Shown here in pieces: positions 19,265-28,125 of a stretch of 64,000 nucleotides of DNA. The notes under the pieces are model-generated. The model worked only from the letters and a program-made list of their open reading frames with translations. It did no database searches and had not been told where the DNA came from. The stretch is from contig CAYNSX010000008.1 of NCBI GenBank assembly GCA_964400165.1, positions 91 through 64,090 on the forward strand. The letters run 5' to 3'. Numbering within the stretch: position 1 is the stretch's first letter; each line of letters starts with the position of its first letter. The translations under genes were made by a program, and so were the position numbers. Origin of the DNA: an uncultured bacterium (GTDB lineage Bacteria; Armatimonadota; Hebobacteria; CAYNSX01).

Positions 19265-19723
19265 CTACGGCGTGCGGAAACTGGCCTGCACTTTGTAGGA
19301 AATGCCGCCGGCTTTGGTGGCGCGACCGATGACGCGCTTGGCGCCCTCGGACGGCACCCGGCCGGTGATGTTCACCGCGACGCGCTGGTAGCCGTCGTCG
19401 AGTTTGACCGTGCCCTGCACCGCCAGGCCGCCATCCATCTGGAACCAGGCCATCAGGGTGTAGTCGGCGGTCACGGCTTTGTCGTCGCCGGTGAGGCGCC
19501 CGCGCAGTTCGCCGGAGGCGGTTTTCTTTTCGGTCAGTGTCAGGCGGTCGAAGTCGAAGGCGGAAAACCACTCTTCCATGCCGTCACCGCGCTCGGTCAG
19601 CAAACCGGTGAGTTTCAATTCGATTTGGCGCGCGCCCGCGGCAGGGTCCTTGGCTTTCGCTGAAGGGTTGATGGCGGCGGGGAGGAGCAGGGTCAGGACG
19701 AGGGCGGTGAGCAGCAGTCGCAT
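19265..19723 (-). CDS. Secreted protein of unknown function, stand-alone paralog of the N-terminal domain of the TlpA-like protein at 18011-18910
   Basis: Signal peptide MRLLLTALVLTLLLPAA. Homology seen directly in the sequence. Confidence 0.6.
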   Translation of the reverse strand: MRLLLTALVLTLLLPAAINPSAKAKDPAAGARQIELKLTGLLTERGDGMEEWFSAFDFDRLTLTEKKTASGELRGRLTGDDKAVTADYTLMAWFQMDGGLAVQGTVKLDDGYQRVAVNITGRVPSEGAKRVIGRATKAGGISYKVQASFRTP

Positions 19724-19836
19724 GGGTGTGCCTCCACCTGGATGTTCCGCACCACGGGGGGCGGATTCATGTTGCGCTGCGTCATCCACCGTCGCGCGCA
19801 GACGCCGCGGCGAATCCCCGCTAAGATTGCGGCAGG

Positions 19837-20946
19837 ATGCGCACGCTGCTGGAACCCGCCCTGCGACAGACGCCGCTGGCCGCGGCGCACCGGGCGCTGG
19901 GCGCCCGGCTGGTGGATTTCGCCGGTTGGGAGATGCCGGTGCAATATGGCGGCATCATCGAGGAGCACCTGGCGGTGCGGCAGGCGGCGGGGCTGTTCGA
20001 TGTCTCGCATATGGGGCGGCTGCTGCTGCGCGGCGCCGCGGGCGAGGCGCTGTTGCAGCGGACGGTGACGCGTGATGTGGGGCGGCTGGGGCTCGGTGAA
20101 ATGGCGTACACCGCGCTGTGCCGCGAGGACGGCGGCGTGCTCGACGACTTGATTGTCGGCCGCGGGCGCGAGGGGTTTTTCGTGGTGTGCAATGCGAGCA
20201 ACCGCGACACGGTGCGTGAATGGCTGCTCGTCCACGCGGACGACCCCGAGTGCCTCGTGGATGTCTCCGACGAGTGGGCCCTGCTCGGCTTGCAGGGGCC
20301 GCGGGCGGAGGCGCTGTTGCAGCCGGTGTGTGACGCCGGCTTGGCGGCGATGCCGTATTTGGCGTTCACTGAAGGCGTGCGCGTCGCGGGCAGCGAGGCG
20401 ATTGTGACGCGCACCGGCTACACCGCCGAGGACGGGTTCGAGATCTGGTGCCGCCCCGCCGACGCCGAGCGCACCTGGCAGGCGCTGCTCGACGCCGGCG
20501 CAGCGCCGTGCGGCCTGGGGGCGCGGGACTCGCTGCGGCTGGAAGCGTGCTATCCCCTGTACGGGCACGACATGGATGAGACGGTGAACCCGCTCGAGGC
20601 GGCGATTCCATTCGTGGTGGATTGGGAGAAGGACGACTTCATCGGCCGCGCCACACTGGAGGAGTGCAAGGCCCGCGGGCTGACGCGGCGGCTGGCAGCG
20701 CTGCTGCTCGACGAGCCGGGCGTGCCGCGGCACGGGTATGCGGTGCGCGTCGGCGACGCGGAAGTGGGGCGTATCACCAGCGGGGGGCACTCGCCGACGC
20801 TGCGCCGAGCGATTGCGCTGGCGATGCTTGAGACGCCCTACTGGAAGCGCGATTCCGCGGTGCAGGTGGACATCCGCGGCCGCGCGGTGCGGGCGCACAC
20901 GGTGCGGATGCCGTTCTATCGGGGGAGCGTGAAGGCGGGGCAGTAG
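19837..20946 (+). CDS. gcvT: Glycine cleavage system T protein (aminomethyltransferase)
   Basis: GWEMPVQY, FDVSHMG, GYTAEDGFE motifs. Confidence 0.95.
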   Translation: MRTLLEPALRQTPLAAAHRALGARLVDFAGWEMPVQYGGIIEEHLAVRQAAGLFDVSHMGRLLLRGAAGEALLQRTVTRDVGRLGLGEMAYTALCREDGGVLDDLIVGRGREGFFVVCNASNRDTVREWLLVHADDPECLVDVSDEWALLGLQGPRAEALLQPVCDAGLAAMPYLAFTEGVRVAGSEAIVTRTGYTAEDGFEIWCRPADAERTWQALLDAGAAPCGLGARDSLRLEACYPLYGHDMDETVNPLEAAIPFVVDWEKDDFIGRATLEECKARGLTRRLAALLLDEPGVPRHGYAVRVGDAEVGRITSGGHSPTLRRAIALAMLETPYWKRDSAVQVDIRGRAVRAHTVRMPFYRGSVKAGQ

Positions 20947-20960
20947 TGCGCTCGAAGCAG

Positions 20961-22697
20961 TTACCAGCGAAAACCGACTGAGTAATCCTCGCCGACTTCG
21001 CGAAACTTCAATTCATATCCGCTCAATCCGCCGTCGGTGACCAGCAGGCGCACCGTCAGATTCTCTAGCGGATGCAAGACGCCGTAGGCGCGCGCCATCA
21101 GGTAGCCCATGAGGTCATCCCGAACCGGTGCGGGCAGCGTCTTCACTTCCACTGGTTCCCCCTTGAGCAGCGCCTTCCGTTGCTTCGACGACAAACTCGG
21201 CAGCGAGCGCAGGAGGAATCTGAGTTGTTCCACCACAGCCACATCGCGTCCGAGGCTGACTTTTCTCCAGCCGAACGCCCCGGCCCGGTCGAGTTGGAAT
21301 TCGTTCAGCGCCGCCAGCGTCGCCAGGTCTTCGATGGGCAACCGCTGGCCAGGGGCGGCGAACTTCCGGTTCAGCAGTCCATTGAGCAGGCCGGGAGGGG
21401 CTAGGACTGCGGCGTGCGCCTCCCAGTCCGTAGACCGAACCCGAATGATGTCGCCCTGTCTCGAAATCTGCACACGAACAGACTCAGTCATGGACTGCAA
21501 GACATCGCGCACCGGTTCGTCTTGCGCATTCAAATTCACATCAGGCGTTTCCGGATAGGCCTCGGCGACGACTGTCACTTTCAGTGTAGCGGCGAGATCG
21601 ACAAGAAACTCGCGCAAGCGTGTGTTTCGGTCGCGCAAAGTGACCCGCGGGTTGTCACCGTCCCAGGAGACGATGCCCGGCTTTTGCGACTCCGGGAGCG
21701 GGTCTTCAGCGGGCGGCGCACCCCAGATTTCTTCGTTAGTGGGCTCTGCTTGCAAGTCCTCCTTCGAACGCCAATCGTGAAGTGACAAGGTCGCTGGCGC
21801 CCTTTCTCCCGGCGCAACGACGACTTGGGCGGAGACATGTCCCGAGTCGCCGAAGAACACGAGCGCGCGAGACGCGTGCGTCTCAAATGCAGCACGGGCG
21901 CGGCGCAGGCGGTCGTAACCCCGTTGCTCCCGTTCGCGTTCTTCGCGGGGGAGAGTGCTGAGGTAGGCGTCCATCTCCTCTTCATCCCACATTTGTGAGG
22001 CGATGTGTACGAGGCAGAGTTCATCAAGGGCTCCCTGGGTGGACTCGGAGAGCCGATCGTACGGAAAGTTGAAGAGGCACTTGAAGTTGAAATCCCCACC
22101 CGCGGCATACCTTTTCAGTGCCGCGACCAGCGCCGTACGGCCCTCGCTTCCGATCTCGGACAGCACCAGCCGGCCCAGCGCCCGCCCGCCGCGGTCCAGA
22201 CCCCAATAATCGTCGCTCGAAAACGGCCGGGCGATGGCCAGAAGGTCTTTGGCCTCGCGCACATGGCGGTCGGCGACGAACGGCTCAAGGTCGGCGGCGG
22301 CCCGCTCCGCATCTTGGCGCCGAGGGTCCTTCGCCGGTTCGAGTAGTGCTCGGACTTCCTGCAGTTCGCGCACCGTAACGGGCAACGGCGCGAGCATTTC
22401 CTGTCCAGTCAGAGCGGTCGTCCATTGCCCGCGCAGGCACCAGGCCACCGCTTCGCGCAGCGCGACGGGCTCGGCTCGCTCGGCCCCGAAGACCGCGAGC
22501 GCGCGGTCCCGATACCACGAGGCCGTCGTCAGTTTTCGATGTTGCAGTGCACCCAGCCGCTCCACGAACTCGGAGACCGCAACATAGGCGTCTTTCGGCG
22601 GGGGTTCTGTTTCGCGCGGCTCCGGGGGCAGCGTCACCAGCAGAATCGGGACGGCCCCGACCAGCACGAATCGTCCGAGACCTCGGCGTTTCACCAT
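20961..22697 (-). CDS. Hypothetical exported protein (578 aa) encoded antisense between gcvT and gcvPA
   Basis: N-terminal hydrophobic segment. No recognised domain. Confidence 0.5.
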   Translation of the reverse strand: MVKRRGLGRFVLVGAVPILLVTLPPEPRETEPPPKDAYVAVSEFVERLGALQHRKLTTASWYRDRALAVFGAERAEPVALREAVAWCLRGQWTTALTGQEMLAPLPVTVRELQEVRALLEPAKDPRRQDAERAAADLEPFVADRHVREAKDLLAIARPFSSDDYWGLDRGGRALGRLVLSEIGSEGRTALVAALKRYAAGGDFNFKCLFNFPYDRLSESTQGALDELCLVHIASQMWDEEEMDAYLSTLPREEREREQRGYDRLRRARAAFETHASRALVFFGDSGHVSAQVVVAPGERAPATLSLHDWRSKEDLQAEPTNEEIWGAPPAEDPLPESQKPGIVSWDGDNPRVTLRDRNTRLREFLVDLAATLKVTVVAEAYPETPDVNLNAQDEPVRDVLQSMTESVRVQISRQGDIIRVRSTDWEAHAAVLAPPGLLNGLLNRKFAAPGQRLPIEDLATLAALNEFQLDRAGAFGWRKVSLGRDVAVVEQLRFLLRSLPSLSSKQRKALLKGEPVEVKTLPAPVRDDLMGYLMARAYGVLHPLENLTVRLLVTDGGLSGYELKFREVGEDYSVGFRW

Positions 22698-22820
22698 CGC
22701 AGCCTCCGCCGAGCGCCACCTGAATCATGCCTCTTCGCGCGCTGGGCTGCAACTTGCCCCGCCGAGTACAATGGCTTTGAAGCCCCCAGATGCGCCACTA
22801 GCGGGGCTGCGCGCCCGCAG

Positions 22821-24173
22821 ATGCCCTATTTCGCCAACACGGATGCTGAACGCGAGGAGATGCTGCGCGCCATCGGCGCGGACAGCATTGATGACCTGTT
22901 CGCCGACATCCCCGCCGCCGCCCGCCTGACCGACCCGCACAACTTGCCGCCCGCCGCCTGGGAAGAGGAGTTGCGCCGCGACTTCGGCGCGATGGCGGCG
23001 CGCAACCGGACGCTGCTGTCGGGGCCGTCCTTCCTCGGCGCCGGCGTCTACCGGCACTTCATCCCGGCGGTGGTGGACCCGCTCATCTTCCGCAACGAGT
23101 TCTACACGGCCTACACGCCCTACCAGCCCGAGGCGAGCCAGGGGACGCTGCAGGCGACCTTCGAGTTCCAGTCGCTGCTGGCCGACCTGCTGCAGATGGA
23201 GGTGGTGAACGCCTCGATGTACGACGGCTCGACGGCGCTCGCCGAGGCGATTCTGATGGCGGCGGACCTGACGGGGCGCGGGCAAGTCATTCTGTCGGGC
23301 GGGCTGCACCCGGAATACCGGCGGGTGGTGCAGACCTACCTGCGCTCGCGCGGGCTGGAACTGATTCCGGTCGGCGGTATCGAGGGCGAGGGCGTGACGC
23401 CGGCGGCGACCGTGGCGGAGCGCATCGGCGACGGCACGGCGTGCGTGGTGGTGCAGCAGCCGAACTTCTTCGGCTGCGTCGAGGATGTCGGCGCGCTGGC
23501 GCAGGCGGCGCACGCCGCCGGCGCGCTGCTGGTGCAGACGAGCACCGACCTGACCGTATTCGGCGCGCTGAAGCCGCCGGGCGCGTGGGGCGTGAACATC
23601 CTGGCAGCGGAAGGGCAATCGCTCGGCGTGGCGCCGGGCTTCGGCGGGCCGCACCTGGGCATCATCGCCACCGAGGAGCGGTTCGTGCGGCGGATGCCGG
23701 GCCGGCTGGTGGGGATGACGAAGGACATCGAAGGGCAGCGCGGCTTCGTACTGACGCTGCAAACGCGCGAGCAGCACATCCGCCGCGATCGCGCCGCCAG
23801 CAACATCTGCACGAACAACGGCCTGCTCGCCATCGCGGCGGCGGTGTACCTCGCGGCAGTGGGGCCGGAGGGGCTGCGGCGCGTGGCGCTCCACTGCGTG
23901 CAAGGGGCGCACCGGCTGGCGCGCCTGCTGGGCAATCTGCCGGGAGTCGGGCTGATGTTCGAGGCGCCGTATTTCCACGAATTCGTGCTGCGGCTGCCGA
24001 AGGATGCGGCGGAAGTGAATGAACGCCTGCTCGACCGCGGCATCATCGGCGGGCTGCCGCTGGGCGACGAGTTCCCCGAATTGCGCAACTGTATGTTGCT
24101 GTGCGTGACCGAGACGAGCACGCCCGACGACTGGCGGCGCCTCTACGACGCCCTCAAGGACATGACCGGATGA
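22821..24173 (+). CDS. gcvPA: Glycine dehydrogenase (decarboxylating) subunit 1
   Basis: MPYFANTDAEREEMLRAIG N-terminus typical of GcvPA. The longer track ORF extension is an artefact. Confidence 0.9.
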   Translation: MPYFANTDAEREEMLRAIGADSIDDLFADIPAAARLTDPHNLPPAAWEEELRRDFGAMAARNRTLLSGPSFLGAGVYRHFIPAVVDPLIFRNEFYTAYTPYQPEASQGTLQATFEFQSLLADLLQMEVVNASMYDGSTALAEAILMAADLTGRGQVILSGGLHPEYRRVVQTYLRSRGLELIPVGGIEGEGVTPAATVAERIGDGTACVVVQQPNFFGCVEDVGALAQAAHAAGALLVQTSTDLTVFGALKPPGAWGVNILAAEGQSLGVAPGFGGPHLGIIATEERFVRRMPGRLVGMTKDIEGQRGFVLTLQTREQHIRRDRAASNICTNNGLLAIAAAVYLAAVGPEGLRRVALHCVQGAHRLARLLGNLPGVGLMFEAPYFHEFVLRLPKDAAEVNERLLDRGIIGGLPLGDEFPELRNCMLLCVTETSTPDDWRRLYDALKDMTG

Positions 24174-25630
24174 GCGAGCCGCTGCTGTCGGAGTTGAGCC
24201 GGCCCGGGCGGACGGGGGCGCTGCCGCCGGAGCCGCCGGGGCCCGATGTCAGGGAGCTGCTGCCGGCCGACTGGGTGCGCAGCGACGGCCCCGACTTGCC
24301 GGAGTTGTCGCAACCGCAAGTGGTGCGGCATTTCGTGCGGCTCTCGCGGCTGAATTATTCGGTGGACACGAATTTCTATCCACTCGGGTCGTGCACGATG
24401 AAGCACAATCCGAAGATCAACGAAGAAATCGGGCACCTGCCCGGGTTCCTGTGGGCGCACCCGCTGCAGCCCGCCTCCACGGTGCAGGGCGCGATCGAAA
24501 TGCTGTACCGCCTGCAAGAAGCGCTGTGCCGCATCGCCGGGATGGACGCATTCACGCTGCAGCCGGCGGCGGGGGCGCACGGCGAACTGACCGGGCTGAT
24601 GATGGTGAAGCGTTACTTCCAGGAGCGCGGTGAGTCGCGCACGCAGGTGCTGGTGCCCGATAATGCGCACGGGACGAACCCGGCCTCGGCGGCGATGCTG
24701 GGCTTTCAGGTGCAGTCGGTGCCGTCGGACGCGCGCGGGTTCGTGGACCTCGACGCGCTCGACGCCCGCCTGTCGAAGAACACCGCCGCCATCATGCTGA
24801 CGAACCCGAACACGCTCGGCATCTTCGATTCGCAAGTGCTCGAAGTGACGCGGCGGGTGCACGACGCCGGCGGGCTGCTCTACTACGACGGCGCCAACCT
24901 GAACGCGCTGCTTGGCATCACGACGCCGGGCGCGCTGGGCTTCGACATCGTGCACCTCAACATGCACAAGACTTTTTCGATTCCGCACGGGGGCGGCGGG
25001 CCGGGGGCGGGGCCGGTGGGCGTGAAGGCGCCGCTGCGCGACTTCCTGCCGGTGCCGCTCGCCGCGCAGGCCGAGGACGGGAGTTACTGCTGGGATTACG
25101 ATTTACCGCACACAGTCGGCAAGGTGAAGGCCTACCACGGGCACTTCCTCAACCTGGTGCGCGGGCTGGTGTACATCCTGGCGCACGGGCCGGACGGCCT
25201 GCGGCGCATCGCCGAGGATGCGGTGCTCAACGCGAATTATCTGCTCTCGCAATTGAAGGACGATTATGGCGCGCCATATCCGGGCTACTGCAAGCACGAG
25301 TTCGTGCTGTCGGCGTCGCGGCAGAAGGCGCTCGGGGTGCGGGCGCTCGACATCGCCAAGGCGCTGCTCGACTACGGCTTCTACGCGCCGACCATCTACT
25401 TCCCGCTCACGGTGGATGAGTGCCTGATGATTGAGCCGACGGAAACGGAAACGAAAGAAACGCTCGACGCCTTCGCCGCCGCCATGCGCGACATCGCCCG
25501 GCGGGCGGAGAGCGACCCGGAGTCGCTGCGCCAGGCGCCGGTGACGACACCGGTGCGCCGGCTGGACGAGGCGGGGGCGGCGCGCAAGCCGGTGCTGCGG
25601 TGGAAGCGGGAGGCGGCGGCGAAGGCCTAG
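24170..25630 (+). CDS. gcvPB: Glycine dehydrogenase (decarboxylating) subunit 2
   Basis: PLP-binding NLHKTFSIPHGGGGPG motif. ATGA overlap with gcvPA. Confidence 0.95.
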   Translation: MSEPLLSELSRPGRTGALPPEPPGPDVRELLPADWVRSDGPDLPELSQPQVVRHFVRLSRLNYSVDTNFYPLGSCTMKHNPKINEEIGHLPGFLWAHPLQPASTVQGAIEMLYRLQEALCRIAGMDAFTLQPAAGAHGELTGLMMVKRYFQERGESRTQVLVPDNAHGTNPASAAMLGFQVQSVPSDARGFVDLDALDARLSKNTAAIMLTNPNTLGIFDSQVLEVTRRVHDAGGLLYYDGANLNALLGITTPGALGFDIVHLNMHKTFSIPHGGGGPGAGPVGVKAPLRDFLPVPLAAQAEDGSYCWDYDLPHTVGKVKAYHGHFLNLVRGLVYILAHGPDGLRRIAEDAVLNANYLLSQLKDDYGAPYPGYCKHEFVLSASRQKALGVRALDIAKALLDYGFYAPTIYFPLTVDECLMIEPTETETKETLDAFAAAMRDIARRAESDPESLRQAPVTTPVRRLDEAGAARKPVLRWKREAAAKA

Positions 25631-25645
25631 TCACCTCTCCCCCCG

Positions 25646-25672
25646 ACCCCCTCTCCAACAAGTGGAGAGGGG
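25646..25672. repeat. REP-like hairpin ccccctctcc-aacaagt-ggagaggggg
   Basis: Same family. Confidence 0.55.
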
Positions 25673-25696
25673 GACACGGTTCATTCAGAGCACTTC

Positions 25697-25724
25697 GCGC
25701 CCCACTCATGGGGCGCTCTTTGTG
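25697..25724 (+). terminator. Rho-independent terminator after gcvPB (gcgcccc-actcat-ggggcgc + tcttt)
   Basis: 7-bp GC stem followed by a T tract. Confidence 0.45.
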
Positions 25725-25796
25725 AGTCCGGCCCATTCAATGAATGCCACTACCCGCCCAAGTCCTCCTCACCCCGCTCCTCGCTTTGCTCGTCGC

Positions 25797-25875
25797 GCCC
25801 CTCTCCCGAATTGAGAGAGGGGCAACTGATGGACCGCTGTTTTCCTGTCCCCCTCTCTCCATCGGGAGAGGGGGC
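25797..25875. repeat. Two REP-like hairpins (gcccctctccc-gaattga-gagaggggc and ccccctctctcc-atc-gggagaggggg)
   Basis: Same family. Confidence 0.5.
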
Positions 25876-25935
25876 AGGTGGGAGAGGACGCCATGCGACA
25901 CCGCGAAAGCGGAGACTTTCCGGTAGACTCAAACC

Positions 25936-27120
25936 ATGAAACTCGCTCCGCGCCTGCAAGGGTTGCCGCCCAACATCTTCGCCGTGGTGAACGACAAGAA
26001 ACTCGCCGCCGCGGCGCGGGGGGTGGATGTCATCGACCTCGGCCAGGGGTCGCCCGACCTGGCGCCGCCGCCGCAGGTCGTCGAGGCGCTCTGCCGCGCG
26101 GCGCGCAACCCGGGGGCGCACCGCTATTCGCTCAACCGCGGGCGGCCGGAGTTGCGCAAGGCGATCGCGTCGTATTACCGGCGGCGGTTCGGCGTCGAAC
26201 TCGACCCCGACCGCCAAGTGCTGCCGCTGGTCGGGTCCAAGGAGGGCATCGTCCATCTGCTGCTCGCCATCATCGGCGACCGCGAGCAAGTGTTGTGTCC
26301 GAACCCGGCCTATCCGGCGTATGCGATGGGGACGAAGTTGGCGGATGGGACGATCGTCGATGTGCCGCTGCTCGCGGAGAACAACTACCTGCCCGATTAC
26401 GATGCTATCCCGAAGGAGACGCTGCGAACGGCGAAAGCGTTGTTCCTCAATTACCCGAACAACCCGACGGCAGCGGTGGCAACGCTGTCTGACTTCGAGC
26501 ACGCGTTCCGAGTGGCGACCGAGTACGACTTGATGTTGTGCGCGGACTTGGCGTACTGCGAGCTGACCTTCGACGGCTACCTGGCGCCGAGTTTGATGCA
26601 GGTGCCGGGCGCGCCACAGAGGGCGCTGGAATTCAATTCGTGCTCGAAGACCTTCAGTATGGCGGGGTGGCGCATCGGGTTCGCCGTCGGCGCGCCCGAA
26701 TTGATTGATGCGCTGGCACTGGTCAAGCAGCAACTCGATTACCAGTCGTGGTTCGCCATTCAAGAAGCCGCCATCGAGGCGCTGACGCAAGTGCCCGACG
26801 AGTGGATCCGCGAGAATGCGGGCGTCTACCAGGCCCGGCGCGATGCGCTGGTGGGCGGGATGCGCGCAATGGGCTGGCCGGTCGAGCCGCCGAAGGGGAG
26901 TATGTATGTGTGGGCACCGGTCCCGGCGGGGCGGAAGTCGATCGAGTTTGCGGACGAATTGCTGGCAAAGAGCGGCGTCGTGGTGGTACCGGGGATCGGG
27001 TTCGGCGTGCACGGTGAAGGGTTTGTGCGGTTCGCGCTGGTGCAGCCGGAGGAGCGGTTGCGGGAGGCGACCGAGCGGCTGGGCGAAATGAAACTCGATT
27101 GGTCTGCAGTCGCGGCCTGA
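25936..27120 (+). CDS. Pyridoxal-phosphate-dependent aminotransferase, class I/II (aspartate/LL-DAP aminotransferase-like)
   Basis: Fold-type I aminotransferase length, with SKTFSMAGWRIG (PLP-Lys region). Confidence 0.85.
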   Translation: MKLAPRLQGLPPNIFAVVNDKKLAAAARGVDVIDLGQGSPDLAPPPQVVEALCRAARNPGAHRYSLNRGRPELRKAIASYYRRRFGVELDPDRQVLPLVGSKEGIVHLLLAIIGDREQVLCPNPAYPAYAMGTKLADGTIVDVPLLAENNYLPDYDAIPKETLRTAKALFLNYPNNPTAAVATLSDFEHAFRVATEYDLMLCADLAYCELTFDGYLAPSLMQVPGAPQRALEFNSCSKTFSMAGWRIGFAVGAPELIDALALVKQQLDYQSWFAIQEAAIEALTQVPDEWIRENAGVYQARRDALVGGMRAMGWPVEPPKGSMYVWAPVPAGRKSIEFADELLAKSGVVVVPGIGFGVHGEGFVRFALVQPEERLREATERLGEMKLDWSAVAA

Positions 27121-27123
27121 CCG

Positions 27124-28098
27124 ATGACGAAGCCCAAAGTCCTCCTGACTCACCACATTCCCGACCTCGGCGTGCAGCGCCTGCGCGCGGCGTGCGACCT
27201 CGAAGAGAACGCCGACGACCACAAGATGACGCCGGAGGAACTGCGCCGGCGCATCGCCGACAAGGCGGGGCTGGTGTGCCTGCTGACGGACAAAGTCGAC
27301 GACACGCTGCTCGCCGCGGCGCCCGGTCTGAAGGTCGTCAGCAATGTCGCGGTCGGGTTCGACAATGTGGATGTGGCCGCGGCGACGAAGCGCAAAATTG
27401 TCGTGTGCAACACGCCGGGCGTCCTGACGGAGACGACCGCCGACCTGACGTGGGCGCTACTGATGGCAGTGGCGCGGCGGGTGGTCGAGGGCGACCGGTT
27501 CATGCGGGGCGGACAATACCGAGAATGGCTGCCGATGCTGCTGCTCGGCGGCGATGTCCACGGCAAGACGCTCGGCATCGTCGGGATGGGGCGCATCGGC
27601 GTGGCCATGGCGCGGCGCGCGGCAGGGTTTGCCATGCGTGTCATCTATTACGACGCGGTGCGGAATGAGCGGGCCGAGCAGGAACACGGCGCCGAATTCG
27701 TCCCGCTGGAGCGGCTGCTGAAGGAGAGCGACTTCGTCACCATCCACACGCCGCTGCTGCCGGAAACTCGGCACCTGATCAACCGCGAGACGCTCAATCT
27801 GATGAAGCGGACCGCCTACCTAGTCAACACCTCGCGCGGGCCGGTGATTGATGAGGCGGCGCTCGTCGAGGTGCTGCACGCGAAGCGCATTGCCGGCGCG
27901 GCGCTCGATGTCTACGAGAATGAGCCGGCGATGGCGCCGGGACTCGCCGACCTCGACAATGTGGTCATCCTGCCGCACCTGGGCTCGGCGAGCGTCGCCA
28001 CGCGCGGCCAAATGGCCTTGCTCGCCGCGGAGAACTGCATCGCCGTTTTGAGCGGCCAGCGCCCGATGCACCCGGTGAACCCGGAAGTGCTCGGGTAG
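27124..28098 (+). CDS. D-isomer-specific 2-hydroxyacid dehydrogenase (phosphoglycerate DH / glyoxylate reductase family)
   Basis: GxGxIG NAD motif GIVGMGRIG and catalytic His region. Confidence 0.85.
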   Translation: MTKPKVLLTHHIPDLGVQRLRAACDLEENADDHKMTPEELRRRIADKAGLVCLLTDKVDDTLLAAAPGLKVVSNVAVGFDNVDVAAATKRKIVVCNTPGVLTETTADLTWALLMAVARRVVEGDRFMRGGQYREWLPMLLLGGDVHGKTLGIVGMGRIGVAMARRAAGFAMRVIYYDAVRNERAEQEHGAEFVPLERLLKESDFVTIHTPLLPETRHLINRETLNLMKRTAYLVNTSRGPVIDEAALVEVLHAKRIAGAALDVYENEPAMAPGLADLDNVVILPHLGSASVATRGQMALLAAENCIAVLSGQRPMHPVNPEVLG

Positions 28099-28125
28099 CG
28101 CCGCCTTCGCCGCCCGCCGGCCGCC

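Noticed and set aside
19743-19836. Glycine riboswitch upstream of gcvT
   Set aside because: No match to conserved glycine-aptamer cores visible. Leader is short and GC-rich
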